64,000 nucleotides of DNA from Octopus vulgaris (Eukaryota): positions 5,394,001 to 5,458,000 of the forward strand of contig OX597816.1 of assembly GCA_951406725.2 (NCBI GenBank), read 5' to 3'. This document shows positions 51,468-63,703 of the stretch, one piece after another. Position 1 is the first letter of the stretch. Each line of letters opens with the position of its first letter. The notes beneath the pieces were generated by a model. That model was not told where the DNA came from. It did no database searches and saw only the letters and a program-made list of their open reading frames with translations. The position numbers were made by a program, and so were the translations under genes.

Positions 51468-52219
51468 AGAAGAAGAAGAAGAAGAAGAAGAAGAAGAAGA
51501 AGAAGAAGAAGAAGAAGATCTAGGATCGGGAGTGGTTGATTAAAATGGTCAGAGTGATTCATTGTTGAGTCAAGTTATAAGATTGGATCCAGGAAAAGTA
51601 AAGATGAAGAATGAGTAAACACTGATTAGTAGAAGAATATGTACTCCCCAAGAGGAGAAAGAATCGAAAAGTTATCTCTGTATATAAGGAGCAATAAGTT
51701 AGACTAAAGAGATGAATGAGATAAAGACAAAACAACATGAAATGTCAATATACAAGAAGGGAATGATTAATGAAACAATCGAGTAACCAGTGCGTGTGTT
51801 ATTGTTATAATGACCCGCCCGAGAACACCAGCAATTAAAAAAAATATACAAAGTGAAAGTCAAAGATTTTCTAAAATAATGAAGTCTGTAAAAGAAAAAG
51901 TAAATGACGGTTTACATTGATCAGAATAATCCAATTGGGAGTTGTTGAAATATCGATACTTTGAACTTTTGTGACGAGGGGAAGTTAAATATTACGTGAT
52001 ATTGCCCTTCAAAAAGATTTTTTATGTAGGATGGTTCTCAGAGATAAATGAAAAGGTGGGGTGGGCGTAAGGTGATGAAGGAGGGGTGTGGAAGAGTTCG
52101 GAGGTAAGTCGGTGGAAAGGGAAGGAGCTGAGATAGCATTAGAGGTGAATGGGGAGGGGGAAAGGGAGAAAGTAGATGACAACCGGATGTTAATGAGAAT
52201 ACGTTATAAAGATAGAAGT

Positions 52220-52603
52220 GGAGGCGCAATGGCCCAGTGGTTAGGGCAGCGGACTCGCGGTCGTAGGATCGCGGTTTCGATTCCCAGACAGGGCGTTGTG
52301 AGTGTTTATTGAGCGAAAACACCTAAAGCTCCACGAGGCTCCGGCAGGGGATGGTGGTGATCCCTGCTGTACTCTTTCACCACAACTTTCTCTCACTCTT
52401 ACTTCCTGTTTCTGTTGTACCTGTATTTCAAGGGGCCGGCCTTGTCACTCTCTGTGTCACGCTGAATATCCCCAAGAACTACGTTAAGGGTGACACGTGT
52501 CTATGGAGTGCTCAGCCACTTACACGTTAATTTCGCGAGCAGGCTGTTCCGTTGATTCGGATCAACCGGAACCCTCGTCGTCGTAACCGACGGAGTGCTT
52601 CCA
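52220..52603 (+). mobile_element. SINE family E, full-length
   Basis: tRNA-like head; tail ..CTCGTCGTCGTAACCGACGGAG. Confidence 0.85.
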
Positions 52604-53018
52604 CATAAAAATAGAAAGTGACGTCGGTGAAATATCGATTACAGCTAAGAAAGAAAGCTACGAACACACACAAAGCCGTAGTGGTGATTGTATCAACGGA
52701 AACACGTACATACACAGATCACCAGGCTAGCATCCCGCTGCAATGAAGCTACAGTATACGTCCACACAGATGGACAAACACACAGCTAAACAAGAGATGC
52801 TGCGAATAAGTGCATTGATAGAAATAATGAGAAAATCAAACAACATTCAAGGACAGAGAATAAAAGAACGAGCAAGAAGACTGAAAACACGAAGTGAATA
52901 AGGATGAAATGGAGAAAGGAGGATGAAAAAAAAGCAACAGAGGAGAGAGAGATACGCAAAATTTCACGGGGGGAGGCGGAGGTGAGGTTGTCAAAGTGAA
53001 GATTAGACATTGATTTTT

Positions 53019-53433
53019 GCGGCGAGCTGGCAGAATCGTTAGCACGCTGGGCGAAATGCTTAGCGGTGTTTAATCTGCCATTACGTTCTGAGTTCAAATT
53101 CCGCCGAGGTCGACTTTGCTTTTCATCCTTTCGGGGTCGATAAATAAAGTACCTGTTACGCACTGGGGTCGATATAATCGACTTAATCCGTTTGTCTGTC
53201 CTTGTTTGTCCACTCTGTGTTTAGCCTCTTGTGGGTAGTAAAGATATACGTATTTCGTCTGTCGTTAGGTTCTGAGTTCAAATTCCGCCGAGGTCGACTT
53301 TGCCTTTCATCCTTTCGGGGCCGATAAATTAAGTACCAGTTTCGCCCTGGGGTGTCGATGTAATCGACTTAATCCCTTTGTCTGTCTTTGTTTGTCCCCT
53401 CTATGTTTAGCCCCTTGTGGACAGTAAAGAAAT
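53019..53433 (+). mobile_element. SINE family B, dimer
   Basis: Head plus two units. Confidence 0.85.
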
Positions 53434-53569
53434 ATATTCTCAACACCATGGCAAGGAACAGTGAGAAGGTGAGTTGAGTGGCTCGCTGTGTATTTGAGGA
53501 AACTGTCACCCACCCGACAACACCCGTTTCCTCTCTATTCTATGATTTTCAAAATGGTTTCGTGTACAG

Positions 53570-54104
53570 CAGGGGTTCTCAACCATTTTTCACCTATGGA
53601 CACCTACGATTCCCATTTTACGCAGATGTAACCTCCTAGGCATTCAATATTAAAAAATTAGGTTATTATCATAGTTTTCATCATCATCATCATCGATTAA
53701 TGTCCGTTTTCCATGCTGGTGGGGTTGGACGGTTTGACTGAGGTCTGGAGAGCAGCGGCTGCACCAGGCTCCAATCTGGTCTGAGATTATTTCTACAGCT
53801 GGATGCCCTTCTTAACGCCAACCACTCTGTGAGTGTAGTGGGTGCTTTTTACATACCACCGGTACAGAAGCCAGCAAAGTGGGCCTGGCAACGATCATGT
53901 TCGGATGGTGCCTTTTACGTGCCACTGGCACAGGAGCCAGTCAGGGGATACTGGAATAGGCCAGGTGTTACTGGCATCGGTCACAAGGTAAAAAGCAAAT
54001 TGTTAATATACTTTGTGTATAACTAATTTAGTACAGACTAACTTTAACAGCAGAATCTTTTATTGACTCCCAAGAGCCATATGTACCCAGGGTGAGAACC
54101 ACTG
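53570..54104. mobile_element. hAT-type MITE containing a nested SINE
   Basis: TIRs CAGGGGTTCTCAACC / GGGTGAGAACCACTG; 8-bp TSD GTGTACAG / GTCTACAG. Confidence 0.8.
53678..53985 (-). mobile_element. V-domain-like SINE 3' part with (GAT)n tail
   Basis: On minus GGTTGGCGTTAAGAAGGGCATCCAGC; the same tail occurs as a fragment at 59215-59283. Confidence 0.65.
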
Positions 54105-54127
54105 GTCTACAGTATACTTGTACTTAC

Positions 54128-55033
54128 AGTGGCATTCACTGGTGGTGGGCAAAGCCGGCTCCAACCAACGAGTTCATCACATTCCTTACAAATGCTGATC
54201 ACATCCGACGGACGTCCGCAGTCGAGGATGCGTCACGGGGTGAACGATTGCATCGAATAGCGCAGATGCCGTAGCCGTAGTCGGCATTCGTTGTTGAGGT
54301 GTAGAGGTCATGTTCGGAGTGTCGGTAGGAACACAAATTCACATGTGGTCCCTGGTCACATATATACTTTAGGATAGTGTGATCCGTAGCAGCGCATTTT
54401 ACAGTCGAATGTCGACCGTCTCAGAGGAATCGCTGACCAAGTCACCGCCGATTATCGGGGCAGACGTAAGTTAAAATGCCGGCCATAGAATTATTTGTTG
54501 TCGAACAAGTCCAGAAATTTATCCTTTCCTGGGTCGGTTCTGAGCTCCGTAAACCTGATGAAGGTCGTGGGCTAGATACAGGGTTAGGGTTAAGCCGAAG
54601 TTCTGACGATCAAATTCTAATCACAAAATTACAAAACAAAAAATTGTGAAACGTCAATCACCGTTTGTGTGATTAGCCCAGAAAAACGACAGAATCCGTT
54701 CTTCACGACTGTTAAATTGTCGCAAAGACAGACTATATCGACCAAAATGACACGAGAGAAAGATTAACTATTTGGTCAAATATATTGACAATAAGGTATG
54801 ATAAGTGAAAAGAATTTGTAGAAGCATGTACTAAAGCCGAAAGAAGACGATATCGGGGATCGATCATCCGAGATCTCTACTCCAGACTTACAAGGACATT
54901 AAAGAAACGCGTTCAAATATTGATAATCGAAGAGAAGAACGAAGAAGGAAAGATATCTTTCTTCTGACAGACAACGTTAATCTCTTCTGATCAAAATATC
55001 GCGAAAATACAAGTCGAAAAGAATTCAAAGAAT
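54128..55033 (-). other. Candidate non-coding or 5'UTR exon(s) of a host transcript
   Basis: Non-repetitive and CpG-rich; donor CACT/GTAAGTA at 54127; possible acceptor TTTTCTCCCTGCTTGTTTCCATTTAAG at 55034; second donor-like GTAAGT at 54891; no long ORF. Confidence 0.45.
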
Positions 55034-55084
55034 CTTAAATGGAAACAAGCAGGGAGAAAAGTGAGGACAATTATATTAATGATA

Positions 55085-55300
55085 ATCCTTTCTACTCTAG
55101 GTGCAACGTATGAAATGTATGGGAAAAGGGGTTATTCATTTGCTTCGGTCCCTGTCCTTGACTGCTACTTATTTTACCAACCCAGAAAGGATGGAACGAA
55201 AAATCTGCCTCAGCGGAGTTTGAATTCAGAACGTAAACATTAAATGAAATATCGTTGAAAATTTGTTCGGTTTGCTATCGATTCTGGCAGCCCAGCGTCT
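55085..55300 (-). mobile_element. Old SINE family B
   Basis: Diverged head and central domain. Confidence 0.6.
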
Positions 55301-55329
55301 TAATGATGATGAGAAAGAGGAGAATGATG

Positions 55330-55925
55330 ATGCCCTGATGCAGTACTAAGTGGTGGCTCTCATGGCTGCTGATCTTAACTGATTGGAAGTGTTATCATAT
55401 ACATTGTTTTGTCTTTGTACAAAAGATGGGCTAACAGCAAATATTCTGCTCAATACCACAGATTTGCTTGTCAGTTGTCAATTGACCTTGACCTTAACCA
55501 GTTGAGCATGTCCCTTAGTGGCTGACGATATGTGCATCTCTGATCACGAGCAGAAGTAGTAGGGGGAGCATCATAGCCATTTGTTGAGAGGAATTCTTTG
55601 GGGTTTGGATAATTCACCTCTGGGAACATGGCAGTTTCGCTCACGTTCCCTTACTTAAGGTTATTCATAACCCTTATTCAAGGACATTTTGAACGGGATG
55701 GGCTACTCGGCCTGAAGACAATTCTAACTGGGCCTCACCTGTATGGTCATGCGCTGTTTATCTTTATATAAGATCACCATGTCGCGCATATATGACTGTG
55801 ATGCATGTACCTGGTGTACCCTTAACAGACGGGTAGTCATAATGAGTATACTGGGCTTCGTATATTTTACACCAGTTTCACTTTGATTTCATGCACAGCT
55901 GTTACTCAATAATGATAATAATAGT
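55330..55925 (+). mobile_element. Family D copy 3
   Basis: Same 5' ATGCCCTGA start; flanked by (GAT)/(AAT) repeats. Confidence 0.85.
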
Positions 55926-55974
55926 AATGATAATAATGATGATGATGATGGTGATGACGATGTTGATAATAGTT

Positions 55975-56181
55975 ACTTCAAATTTTGACAGAAGTTTCGG
56001 GGTAGGACATAAGTCGATTATATCAACTCCAGTGTTCAACTGATACTTATTTTATCGACTTCGAGAGGATGAAAAGCAAAGTAGATCTCGGCAGAATTTG
56101 AACCCAGAACGTAAAAACGGACGAAATGCTGCTAAGCATTTTTCCTTCCGCCATGCTAACGATGTTGCCATCTCGCCGCCT
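55975..56181 (-). mobile_element. SINE family B monomer
   Basis: Head and central domain. Confidence 0.75.
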
Positions 56182-57424
56182 TAGCTCGAAGCAATAATAG
56201 GCGAATAGGTCTCGTATCACCATCTATTACCTTAATTTTATATCCTTCTTGTACGTTGGATATACAGATTTCACGAAACGGGGATAGACACAACTGTCTT
56301 CACACGAGGTCCTTCAAACCACTCCACTAAACACGGTACTACATGAAATACAAGCTCTCAACGATCTCAACGACTCCCTACGACTCCCACGAACTTTCAA
56401 CGACTCCTATGTCTCCTCTCGTTCCAACCAGTACACTACTCTTTATAAGAGTTCGGCTTGTCCATTCTTCCAATCCCACAGGGTTGTCAATAACTCTCCC
56501 CACAACAATTGAAAAATAATCTCTAAACAAAAGACAAAGTAAAGATAACTTGACTGTAATTATCTTTAGTGCTGTATAGTAAAGAGAGGCCTGAGTCAAC
56601 AATCATAATCACAAAATATCTGATTATAATTAAATAATATCTCGCTTTACTGCAATGGGCATCCTAGCGTGCAAGTTACGTGTTAAGGTGCAAATAAATA
56701 TATGTGTATGTTTACAATAAACACAAACTGAACCTGAATTTTAGCTATGAGGTTCTCTCTCAATAAAATAAAATGTTCAGTCTGAGGCATTTCAAAAGGT
56801 TATTAATGAATGAAACAAATTCACAAAGAGATGCCAAGGATCAAGTGAAACAAGAGAAGGATCAAAATATAAATCTAACAAAGCTTTTTACTCAATTCCC
56901 ACAAAGAGACACACATGCCACTATTGCTGAGTGATATTAATTAAAGTATTACTGTTTCAAGTACTTGTAACTTTTAACAACGAACAGCTGATAGTAATGT
57001 GATGAAACAATTGTAGTGATATGTAATAAAGCCTATTCCGTTTTCTCGTATTAATATTTTTTATATGGAGTCTACAGATATATACAGATTTGCACACCTA
57101 TCTCAACAACAGCATTACAGCCGGGGACGACTATTGCAACAGCGATATCGCCAGACCCACGCCCCGTAATAACAACACCGATAACAGCTCCAACAACAGT
57201 GGCGACAACAACTCCAGGAGTAGAGCCAACAAATGATACACCAAAGGTGAGAACACAACCAGTACTCAAGATCGGAGATATATCGGGTCCGGCGGGACTG
57301 ACTTTTCAGTGGCACCTGTAGAATAACAGTTCCTCCTATATGGTTCCGGAAAGACGTTAAGTTACTTCCCTTGCCAACCACACGAGGTGCCTTTAGGATG
57401 AAGAAACCCTATAAAAAAACCCTA

Positions 57425-57595
57425 TGGAGGATCATAGAGCAGCTGGGGTCGTATATAAATGGCAGCAGACAATGCAAGCTTTGCATAGCAGAGCGTGCAA
57501 AGATTCTTAAAGACTCGCTGCATCCAGATCTCTCTTAAACTCAAGACAGGAAAGCTTTGGTTCCTGCCCCATTTCAAACGGTACATGATGCAGGT
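57425..57595 (+). mobile_element. Penelope-like GIY-YIG endonuclease C-terminal remnant
   Basis: WRIIEQLGSYINGSRQCKLCIAERAKIL..LNSRQESFGSCP fits the PLE pattern W.I....Y.....CxLCxxE...LNxRxE....CxH, with frameshifts. Confidence 0.7.
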
Positions 57596-58252
57596 ATGAG
57601 ATTCCCCGTTCATCGATTAGAGCTCAAAACAACAAAAAGTGAAGATTCTATGTTTGCTCTTTAGGTTCATCAGATTTGCCAAACGGGCCGGTTAAGGGAA
57701 ATAACTCGTCCTGTTTTTAAAGTTCAAACAGAGTTTATTATTCTTTATTTACAAATTAACTGACCGGAACAGTTTTCTACCTCCAGTTTGAAGAGAGGTT
57801 ATATGCCCGGCGCCATTACAATCTGACAAGTCACCTATGAATCAAAAGGCTTTATGGATGCGGACCTATTGGTCAATTTATGACCCCTACATATTTATAA
57901 CTGCATCTAAATACATTACTGCTTTATAATTTAGAGTGTGCTTCTTTTTCGGATATATAATCCACTGACGATATATATATATATATGCATACACACACAC
58001 ACACACACACATAAATATACACCTTACACACGCATACAAGCGCACGCTCACACACACACACATACACACAAACGCACACAAGAACTTAGAAGCTTCGCGA
58101 GACATGAAATAAATGTCTTTTAATGGTGGAACTCGAAGCAGATATTTAAACGCCATTATTCATAGCTATATGTGCAAGTGTGTGAATCTATATGTGTTTA
58201 TATTGCATGCATGGGCATGTTCATAAATATATATATATATGCGTGTGTGTGC

Positions 58253-58299
<47 letters not shown>

Positions 58300-58300
<1 letters not shown>

Positions 58301-59979
58301 TAGCAGTATCGCCCGGCGTTGCTCGGGTTTGTAAGGGAAATAACTATATAAGCATTTTTAGAGATGTAAAGTATAATAGCCATCTCAATATGGTTAACCA
58401 CAGAGGGGTGGTGTTACTGTAGCTTTTTACGTTCTGAGATTTAATAATACATTTTTAGAGAGTTACTTCCCTTATATATGCCAAAAATGCATTAAAAATG
58501 GGAAAAATTTATGGTAAATTTTTTTTTTTAATCGTAGACTCATCGTAGACGCGCGCTAATACCCAGACGCGCTCGATATGAATCACGACTATAAGATACC
58601 CGGTTTTGGTTACACTGCACCACAAAATGTGGGAATAGTTAGGAATCTAAATCGTAGGAGACAGACAGCACACAACCTCACTTTTATATATAAAGATACT
58701 AGCAGTATCACCCGGCGTTGCTCGGGTTTGTAAGGGAAATAACTATGTAAGCATTTTTAGAGAGTTACTTCCCTTATAGATGCCAATTCGGGCTTTCTTA
58801 GCCATTTCTGTTTTGGTGTCTTCAAGCCATGAAGTTGTTGTTCTAAAAGAACGCTGGTCTCCTTGACAACGCTTTACGACGTTGATTTCCTTACACTCCC
58901 TTCCCCACAGCTTCACGAGGGAGGGAAGAAGGGGGAGAAGCAAACAGGTGCAGGTGTTTGAGCGTGGACGCCAACTCCGCCGCCATCGACACACGAAAAA
59001 TTATGCATTAAAATGGAATAAAAAATGATGTTAAATTATTTTTAAAATCGTAGACTCATCGTAGACGCGCGCTAATACCCAGAAGGGCTCGATATGAATC
59101 ACGACTATAAGATACCCGGTTTTGGTTACACTGCACCGCAAAATGTGGGAGTAGTTAGGAATCTAAATCGTAGGAGACAGACAGCACACAACCGCTCTTT
59201 TATATATAAAGATATCATCATCATCATCATCATCATCATCATCGTTTAACGTCTGCTATCCATGCTAGCATGGTTTGGACGATTGATGGTAAATTTTTTT
59301 TAAATCGTAGACTCATCGTAGACGCGCGCTAATACCCAGAAGGTCTCGATATGAATCACGACTATAAGATACCCGGTTTTGGTTAAACTGCACCGCAAAA
59401 TGTGGGAGTAGTTAGGAATCTAAATCGTAGGAGACAGACAGCACATAACCTCACTTTTATATATAAAGACTAGCAGTATCGCCCGGCGTTGCTCGGGTTT
59501 GTAAGGGAAATAACTATATAAGCATTTTTAGAGAGTTACTTCCCTTATAAATTCGGGCTTTCTTAGCCATTTTTGTTTTGGTGTCTTCAAGCCATGAAGT
59601 CGTTGTTCTAAAAGAACGCTGGTCTCCTTCACAACGCATTACGACGTTGATTTCTTTACACTCCCTTCCCCACAGCTTCACGAGGGAGGGAAGAAGGGGG
59701 AGAAGCAAACAGGTGCAGCTGTGAGCGTGGACGCCAACTCCGCCGCCATCGACACACGATGCATTTTATGCATTAAAATGGAATAAAAAATGATGTTAAA
59801 TTAATTTAAAATCGTAGACTCATCGTTGACGCGCGCTAATACCCAGAAGGGCTCGATATGAATGACGACTATAAGATACCCGGTTTTGGTTAAACTGCTG
59901 CACCACAAAATGTGGGAGTAGTTAGGAATCTAAATCGTAGGAGACAGACAGCACACAACCTCACTTTTATATATAAAGA
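58300..59979 (-). mobile_element. Tandem array of four non-autonomous Helitron units (58300-58696, 58699-59212, ~59284-59469 partial, 59470-59979)
   Basis: On minus: 5' TC(TTTATATATAAAAG), subterminal hairpin CCCGAGCAACGCCGGG, 3' CTAG; no TSD. Confidence 0.9.
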
Positions 59980-60566
59980 GTATATATATATATGCAAGCT
60001 TCCAATTTCGTCTCCACTTGTATTTTCGTAACCTGTCTCGTCTTTCATTTTCTTTCTCGCTCTTTCGTGTTTCTTTCTTCATGCTCTCCAAAACATTCCA
60101 GTCTATTACGAAACATTAATAAAGTTTTGTTTTTACATTTAGTTGAAATTCTTTTTTTTTTCTTCGCGATGCTTTAGTCATTAATTTTCCGTTTAATTTA
60201 ATAAATGAGAAAATTAAAATTTGATTTTGTTAATTACAAAGGAAAAAATGAATTGCAGTCTTTTGTTTTCATTTATCAGTGTTATTGTTGTTGTAATTAT
60301 CGAAGTCGTTCTGTTATGTTCGTCCTCGTCTTTGTTGTTGTTGTTGCTGCTGCTGTTGCTGTCTTCGCTTTTGCTGTTGTTATTGCCTTAGTCGCTTCCA
60401 TGTTAATATTCTGTTGGTGATGATCACGCTCGCCTGACTGCCGATGTTCGTGTATTAAAATATATATACACTATATTTCGAACTACACTCACATATGTGT
60501 ATATGTTTACACACACAGACATACATATACACACATTCACACACACTCACATACACACACACACAT

Positions 60567-60627
<61 letters not shown>

Positions 60628-60630
<3 letters not shown>

Positions 60631-60959
60631 GTAAATGTAAAATGACAATTATTTGGTAGCCATGATAAAACTCCGAGTTTCTCCGAGTGGAAATCTACGC
60701 CGATCTCTCAGCCGGCCACCGGAAAAATACTATGAGAAATGACCGTTATACGCCGCCATTTGGATGACCGCTAAGTAAGGGAGGAGTACGTAAGTTCAGC
60801 GGTTATCCGTCAAATACCACCGTACAACGGTCATTTTCATAGCATTTTTTCCGATGGCCGGATAACTGAAGAGATGGCAGCGTGGATTTCCACCTCAACA
60901 TCTGAAACTCGGAGTTTTATCATGGCTACCGAATAATTGTCACATATTACATTTACAGA
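60628..60959. mobile_element. Palindromic (foldback) MITE
   Basis: Arms of about 140 bp are reverse-complementary, e.g. GGTAGCCATGATAAAACTCCGAGTTTC exact; TA flanks. Confidence 0.85.
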
Positions 60960-61050
60960 TAAATTCCTCTATTTACATAATATCGAGGTCTCTTTTTTTG
61001 TTGTCTCACCATTTTCATCAATATATATATATATATGTGTGCGCGCGCGC

Positions 61051-61096
<46 letters not shown>

Positions 61097-61354
61097 GTAC
61101 ATATATGGTTGGCACCAGCCGGATTCGAGTAGCATCGAATATAAGGGGGTGAAACTACAAGGACTTTCCGGATTCCGACTGATGAGGATACCGTCTGCGA
61201 ATGATCCGTGTATCTTGTTTTTGTCTCGTTTGCTGTTTGTCGTGCTGCCGTCTATTATTCCGCATGTTGTGGTTTGTTGGCTTCCATTTGTTGTGTTCTT
61301 TCTATTCTACCTTTGATTTATATATATATATCACGTGATTTCGTGATTGACGAG

Positions 61355-61617
61355 GCTATCGGATGTTGTTATACATCGCTGGCCACAATGTGCTTTGCAA
61401 AGCTTTAACTTTCAAATGATAACCAGCTCGCCAGGTGAGATGGCCAACATTACCCCTGCATGGAAAACTTTTCCGTCGCAGGGTTACCGATTTAAAGCAG
61501 AGTGAACTAGGACAACTGGGAAATGAAGTATTTTGCTCAAGAACACAACACGACACTCGGTCTAGAAATAGAACCATGGTCTAGCGATCATGAGTGCAAC
61601 ACCATAACCACTAGGCC
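61355..61617 (-). mobile_element. Old CORE-like SINE with a distinct tail
   Basis: On minus GTGTTGTGTTCTTGAGCAAAATACTT..GTTCACTCTGC after a tRNA-like head. Confidence 0.6.
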
Positions 61618-61699
61618 CTCTCGCTCTCTCGCTCTGTGCAACAACTATATTCCTTCCCATGCCTGTCATCTGTTATGTCCCTGCCGTAAGGCTTCACTT

Positions 61700-62055
61700 C
61701 CACACACGCCAGCTTAATTTAATTCGTCATTAGTCGAAAGACACCTGTTGATAGTGTCCTGCTATTTGCATTAGTATTTGTGTAACACTTCTCCGTTTCT
61801 TTTCGTCCCTGTTTTCGTATTCATTCGCTGCTTTCTTCCAAGGAATCTAATATTCTTAGCTTAGTTTTTCCTTGGGGCTGGCCAGATTGGAACAGTCTCG
61901 AGTATAACCAGCCGAAACTGCACATCCAATCTAGAAGTCGACTGACGAAAGAAAGCTTCAAATGATCCATCCTTGTCTTTTCTTGTCCCTTTTTGTATAA
62001 TTTGTCTGACTGTTTTACGTTCTTGTCCCATTTTTTTAGTACATAACTTTTTTAT
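61700..62055 (+). mobile_element. Unclassified repeat F (related piece at 61105-61320)
   Basis: Aligns with the reverse of 41375-41710. Confidence 0.6.
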
Positions 62056-62067
62056 TATCTGGAGGAG

Positions 62068-62400
62068 ACCCCCTTCGGTCATGAATGACCATGGGATTGC
62101 ACCTAGAAAGTTACCCTCACAGGTACAAGTCCGAGCAAGGTTGTTTGTGGAAGGCCAGCGGTCACCCATGCATATCAGCCTCCCTTCTCCACACCACTGA
62201 TGTTATCCAAGGGAAATGCAAAGGAGCCGATACAGTTTGGCACCAGTGATGTCGCATCTCATTTCTACAGCTGAGTGAACTGGAGCAACATGAAATAAAT
62301 TGTCTTGCTCGAGAACACAACACGCATCCCGGTCCAGGAATCGAACTCACAACCTCACAATCGTAAGCTCGACGCTTTAACCACTGAGCCATACGCCTTC
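62068..62400 (-). mobile_element. SINE family C, full-length
   Basis: Homologous to 3098-3410. Confidence 0.85.
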
Positions 62401-63049
62401 ACAAACACATATGTATATGTGTTTGTGCGCCTTCACACACATACACACATCTGTATATGTACATATACATGGAAATTCTTAGAAAAATTATCATATCATG
62501 CTCCTTCATTTGATGGTGTCCAGGAGTGGTAAATGAGACATAAGTTGTCTCCCGTTTTCTCTCTGCTTTCTTTTACAGTTTATAACTGTAACATGTAATG
62601 TCATGAAAGCAGGTAATCTGTTATGCGATTGTCAACGCATTTTCTTCTTAGGATCACGTATGGAGCTTGTCACATTCCCAACTGAATCATTCGTAGTTGT
62701 TCTTTGCGATAAATATAAAGATGCTGCAAAGGATTATTGAGACGTATTTTTAGTTATTTTGTAAACGTTATTCGATAAGCAGTGAGAAATAAAAATAACC
62801 TTTGGGAAGTTTGTATGGATGGGTCATATCTTCCAGCGATAGAAATGTAGTTCTGTAAATTCTCACGTTATCAGTGAGTTCTGTTTCACTTTACATCAGT
62901 CAATGTGGATAATATTTACCGAAACATGGTGCAAACAACGGAGCCAATCCCTCAAAAACTCAGTCCCGATTAAGCTTTATGTCTGCTACTTGTTATGTTT
63001 TCCAGTGACTCATTTGATGCATAAATTGTTGTAAATGTTCCACAAGATA

Positions 63050-63450
63050 GGCGCAGGAGTGGCTGTGTGGTAAGTAGCTTGCTAACCAACCACATGGTTC
63101 CCACTGCGTGGCATCATGGGCAAGTGTCTTCTGCTATAGCCCCGGGCCGACCAATGCCTTGTGAGTGGATTTGGTAGACGGAAACTGAAAGAAGCCTGTC
63201 GTATATATGTATATATATATGTGTGTGTGTTTGTGTGTCTGTGTTTGTCCCCCCCACCATCGCTTGACAACCGATGCTGGTGTGTTTACGTCCCCGTAAC
63301 TTAGCGGTTCGGCAAAAGAGACCGATAGAATAAGTACTGTGCTTACAAAGAATAAGTCCCGGGGTCGATTTGCTCGACTAAAGGCGGTGCTCCAGCATGG
63401 CCGCAGTCAAATGACTGAAACAAGTAAAAGAGTAAAAGAGAGTAAAGAGT
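63050..63450 (+). mobile_element. SINE family A
   Basis: TSD AAGATA at 63044-63049 and 63451-63456. Confidence 0.9.
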
Positions 63451-63703
63451 AAGATATCATCAAGAACAGCGATGAAAACAGTGATATAACTTAGTCAGGA
63501 AGAGTTGTTTAAACAATGTGACATAGAGTGCTTCTGTGCATCCTTTAAAATTTGTACAGAAAGTTTTAAGGACTGAAAGGAAGATAGAAACCGACAGAGC
63601 TTGAACAGAAGGTAAAATATGTTTAGACAGACCACAGCAATGATGCCCTATTCGTATGAAGCTGTTACAGAAAACAACTGCTTTACAGTATTTGGGTTAT
63701 CTC

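Noticed and set aside
52220-52295. tRNA gene-like sequence
   Set aside because: It is a SINE head continuing into a repeat body; no closed acceptor stem or terminator
54555-54592. CTGATGA and AGGGTTAGGGTTA
   Set aside because: No GAAA or stems for a ribozyme; two telomeric units are too few to call
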